Below, piece by piece: positions 61,057 through 64,000 of a stretch of DNA of 64,000 nucleotides (position 1 is its first letter; every line of letters starts with the position of its first letter). The stretch covers positions 100,663,235 to 100,727,234 of the forward strand of contig NC_052164.1 of the NCBI RefSeq assembly GCF_902713615.1, in the 5' to 3' direction. The stretch is from Scyliorhinus canicula (Eukaryota). The position numbers were made by a program, and so were the translations under genes. Below the pieces are notes generated by a model. It was not told the origin of the DNA, did no database searches, and saw nothing but the letters and a program-made list of their open reading frames with translations.

Positions 61057-63980
61057 ATGGCAGCGAGGAGAATGGCCCCGAGATTCACCCACGCCAAGCT
61101 GATGTTCCTCCTGGGTGCGTGGAGGAGTGGTGGTTGACACTGTGCGCCGGCCGAGGAAGGAGGCTGCCAGCCGCCGCCAATCGTCATGCCTGGCCACAGA
61201 GACGGTCAGCGGCGTGGGCAACACTGTCCGGATCAGCTAGCAGTGCCGGACGAAACTGCACAACCTCCTCAGGGCAGTCAGGGTGAGAAGTGAGAAGGCA
61301 GCACTGTGCCCTGGCACTAACCCCGTCCCACACACCCTGAACACCCTCCCTGCACCACACTGACCCAGAGGGCATCAATACCCCCACCCTGCACCACATG
61401 CCGGAACCCATACCGGCCACCATTGCCGGGTGCCCTGGCCAGTGAGGAAAACAGCTACCCATCCCCTGGGCGGCATGCGTCGGGCTGTCGAACACTGTTG
61501 TTTTCTGCCCCCCCCCCCCCCCCCCCCCCCCCCCGCCCGGGACCTCCCGGAGAAGGCCACCCATAACCGCCGAGAGCGGGAGAAAACTGGAAGGGGCCCA
61601 TCGGACCTGCAGTCCACAATGGTGGCAGAGTAGAGGGTCCTGGACTTGGTCAGCGGCCCAGAGGGATGGGAAGTAGCCGGGATGGAGTTCAGCCCTGGGC
61701 GAGGAAGTGAGACCGTGCTGAGCTGCGGTTCCTCGTGAAACGTGTCAACCACCCACAACCCCACCCTCACCCCACCCTCACCCCCACACCATCCTCACCC
61801 CACCCTCACCCCCACACCACCCTCACCCCCACACCATCCTCACCCCCACACCACCCTCACCCCCACACCATCCTCACCCCAACCTCACCCCCACACCACC
61901 CTCACCCCCACACCATCCTCGCCCCCACACCACCCTCACTCTCCCCCTCACCCCTTCCCTCATCCTCACCCTCACCCCCACACTATCCTCACCCCCACAC
62001 CACCCTCACTCTCCCCCTCACCCCTTCCCTCATCCTCACTCTCACCCCCACACCATCCTCACCCCCACACCACCCTCACCCCACCCTCACCCCCACACCA
62101 CCCTCACCCCACCCTCACCCCCACACCATCCTCACCCCCACACCATCCTCACCCCACCCTCACCCCCACACCACCCTCACTCTCCCCCTCACCCCTTCCC
62201 TCATCCTCACCCTCACCCCCACACCACCCTCACCCCCACACCATCCTCACCCCACCCTCACCCCCACACCATCCTCGCCCCCACACCACCCTCACCCCCA
62301 CACCATCCTCGTCCCCACACCATCCTCACCCCCACACCACCCTCACTCTCCCCCTCACCCCTTCCCTCATCATCACTCTCACCCCCACACTATCCTCACT
62401 CCCACTCCATCCTCACCCCCAACACCACCCCTCACCCCCACCCTCACCCGCAACCTCATCGCCAACCCACCCCACCCTCACCCCACTCCACCCTCGTCCC
62501 CACCCTCACTCCTTTCCTCACCCCACTCTCACTCCCACTCCATCCTCACCCCCAACACCACCCCTCACCCCCACCCTCACACCCACCCTCGCCCGCAACC
62601 TCATCCCCAATCCACCCCACCCTCATCCCCACTCCACCCCTACACCACCCTCACTCTCACCCTCCTTCCTGCTCCCCCCCAGACAGTGCTGCTGCTGGAA
62701 CTCCCCCCACTGAGCCGAGCAGTGATGAGGAGAGCTGGTCAGACGGTAACCCTCGACCCGAGACACAGGACACCCCGGAGTTCGGGACCGAGGATGACAC
62801 GGATTTCCCGTCACAGCTGTCACCACCACCCTCCACCATCCCACAGACACTCACCTCGGTCGGGCACTTTAGTGAAGAGGTTCCTGGGACTCTCTCTGGT
62901 ACGCACCACGCGGCTGACCCGGTACAGTAGGTGGAAGTAGGAGCTCCCAAAGTGGCGGACGGTCGGAGTGCAGGCTGATCCCAGGAACGAGCTGCCGTCC
63001 AGACAGGTTTCGGTTTTCCGGAAAGGGCGGTCCCATCCATTGTGGAGATGCAGTTACAGAGCCAGGGGCTACCTGACGGGTTGTGGGTGAGCATCCAGCA
63101 CCTGTAGGTGCAGGTGGAGGAGTCCAACCCCGTGCAGGAGCAGGAGGTGGTGCTGGTCACCAACACAATATGGTGTCCGGGATGGAGGCCTTGGGGACGA
63201 GGGCTTTGGCTATGGATCAGCATATCCAAGGCCTGGGACATTCTGTACGGACGCTGGCCAAGGCCCAGGACAGGGTTGCCGCCTCACAGGCAGCCATGTG
63301 CCAGAGCCACCTGGAAATTGCCGCGGCGCTCCTGAGCGCAGCCCAGTCACAGTAAGCCATGGCTGGGAATGTCGGCGGCATTGCCCAGGCGCTGGCATTG
63401 CCCAGGCGCTGGCAAACGTGGCGCAGACACAGAGGAAGGTGGCCCAGTCCCAGAGGGAGATGGCGCAGTAATTTCCTGATGTAACACAAACCCAGAAGGT
63501 GGTGGCACAGTCGCAGCGTGATGTGGCGCTGTCCCAGACGGCAATGGTCCACTCCCTGTGCTCCATGGCCGCCGCCATGCAGATCATGTTCGAGGCCAGA
63601 GCGGGCCTCCAGGACTGGCAGCGTCAGGTGGTAGGGGAGCCTCAAGTGATAGCTCCGCTCGCACCCCGTCCCATGGAGTAGCCCTGGGGTCATTGGGCAC
63701 TCCGAGGGAGGAGGAGGGGATGGAGCCCATGTCGGGGACTCCCACAGGGGAGGTGCCAGAACATCGCAGCACCTTGGACACCCCACCCCTCCTGACCCAG
63801 GCAGTGGGCAGAACAGGGTGGCATCACGCCACTCGGGACACCCGAGCAGCAGCTGGGACCATCCAGGCCCGCTCGCCCCAGGAGAGGCCCGCTAACGGGG
63901 ACCCGGATCGCAGGGCAGGAATCACAGTAGGCCGCCTCCACTCCTGCCGTACCAGCTGGGGAACCACCAAGACATAGTAT
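61057..63980 (+). pseudogene. Decayed 3-exon Myb/SANT-like DNA-binding protein (Harbinger accessory ORF, NAIF1/MSANTD-like); exons about 61057-61282, 61550-61706 and 62683 onward
   Basis: MAARRMAPRF..L..LL..VEE..LT..GRGRRLP..RHAW..VS.VGNTVR..QCRTKLHNLLRAVR | EKATHNRREREKTGRGP..., then an acidic linker and Q/A-rich heptads. Many stops and frameshifts. Confidence 0.8.
61755..62670 (+). repeat. C-rich compound minisatellite (CCTCACCCCCACACCAY units) inside intron 2 of the Myb/SANT gene
   Basis: Read directly. It explains the Pro/His/Thr-rich ORFs at 61735-62940. Confidence 0.95.
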
Positions 63981-64000
63981 TAGCGCCCGTAAGGCCAGAA

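Larger units (their letters stand above)
60808..64000 (+). mobile_element. PIF/Harbinger-like transposon, left part, running past the window edge
   Basis: TIR-like GGGCGAGATTCTC at 60808 truncates the gag relic. Contains a Myb/SANT gene. Confidence 0.75.

Noticed and set aside
61735-62940. 401-aa and 323-aa Pro/His/Thr-rich extensin-like ORFs
   Set aside because: Translations of a G-poor tandem repeat that can rarely form stop codons.

Overview
This is eukaryotic vertebrate DNA, not prokaryotic. The repeat content (HE1/V-SINE-type tRNA SINEs, SacSINE1/Deu-domain SINEs, CR1, L2, Rex1/Babar, L1, Penelope-like elements) points to a cartilaginous fish, most likely a shark such as a catshark (inference). 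Most of the window is decayed and often nested mobile elements: about 30 tRNA-derived SINE copies with swapped 3' tails, about 10 CR1/CR1-clade fragments, two Rex1-type RT copies, two L1 3' ends, Penelope-like remnants (one with a decayed hammerhead core), a hAT MITE with an 8-bp TSD, several PIF/Harbinger-type MITEs, and a gypsy gag relic. At the right edge is a decayed intron-containing Myb/SANT gene of a Harbinger-like transposon. A 33-bp minisatellite (45 full units plus a partial one) has expanded from inside a single Deu-domain SINE. No host gene is securely identified. The best candidate is a 50-codon minus-strand first exon at 56929-57078. Nearly all long ORFs in the track are retroelement remnants or repeat artefacts. 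There is no CRISPR array, and I cannot support a claim of a wholly new biological system. Family names come from recalled consensus motifs, not database searches, and boundaries of old elements are approximate.
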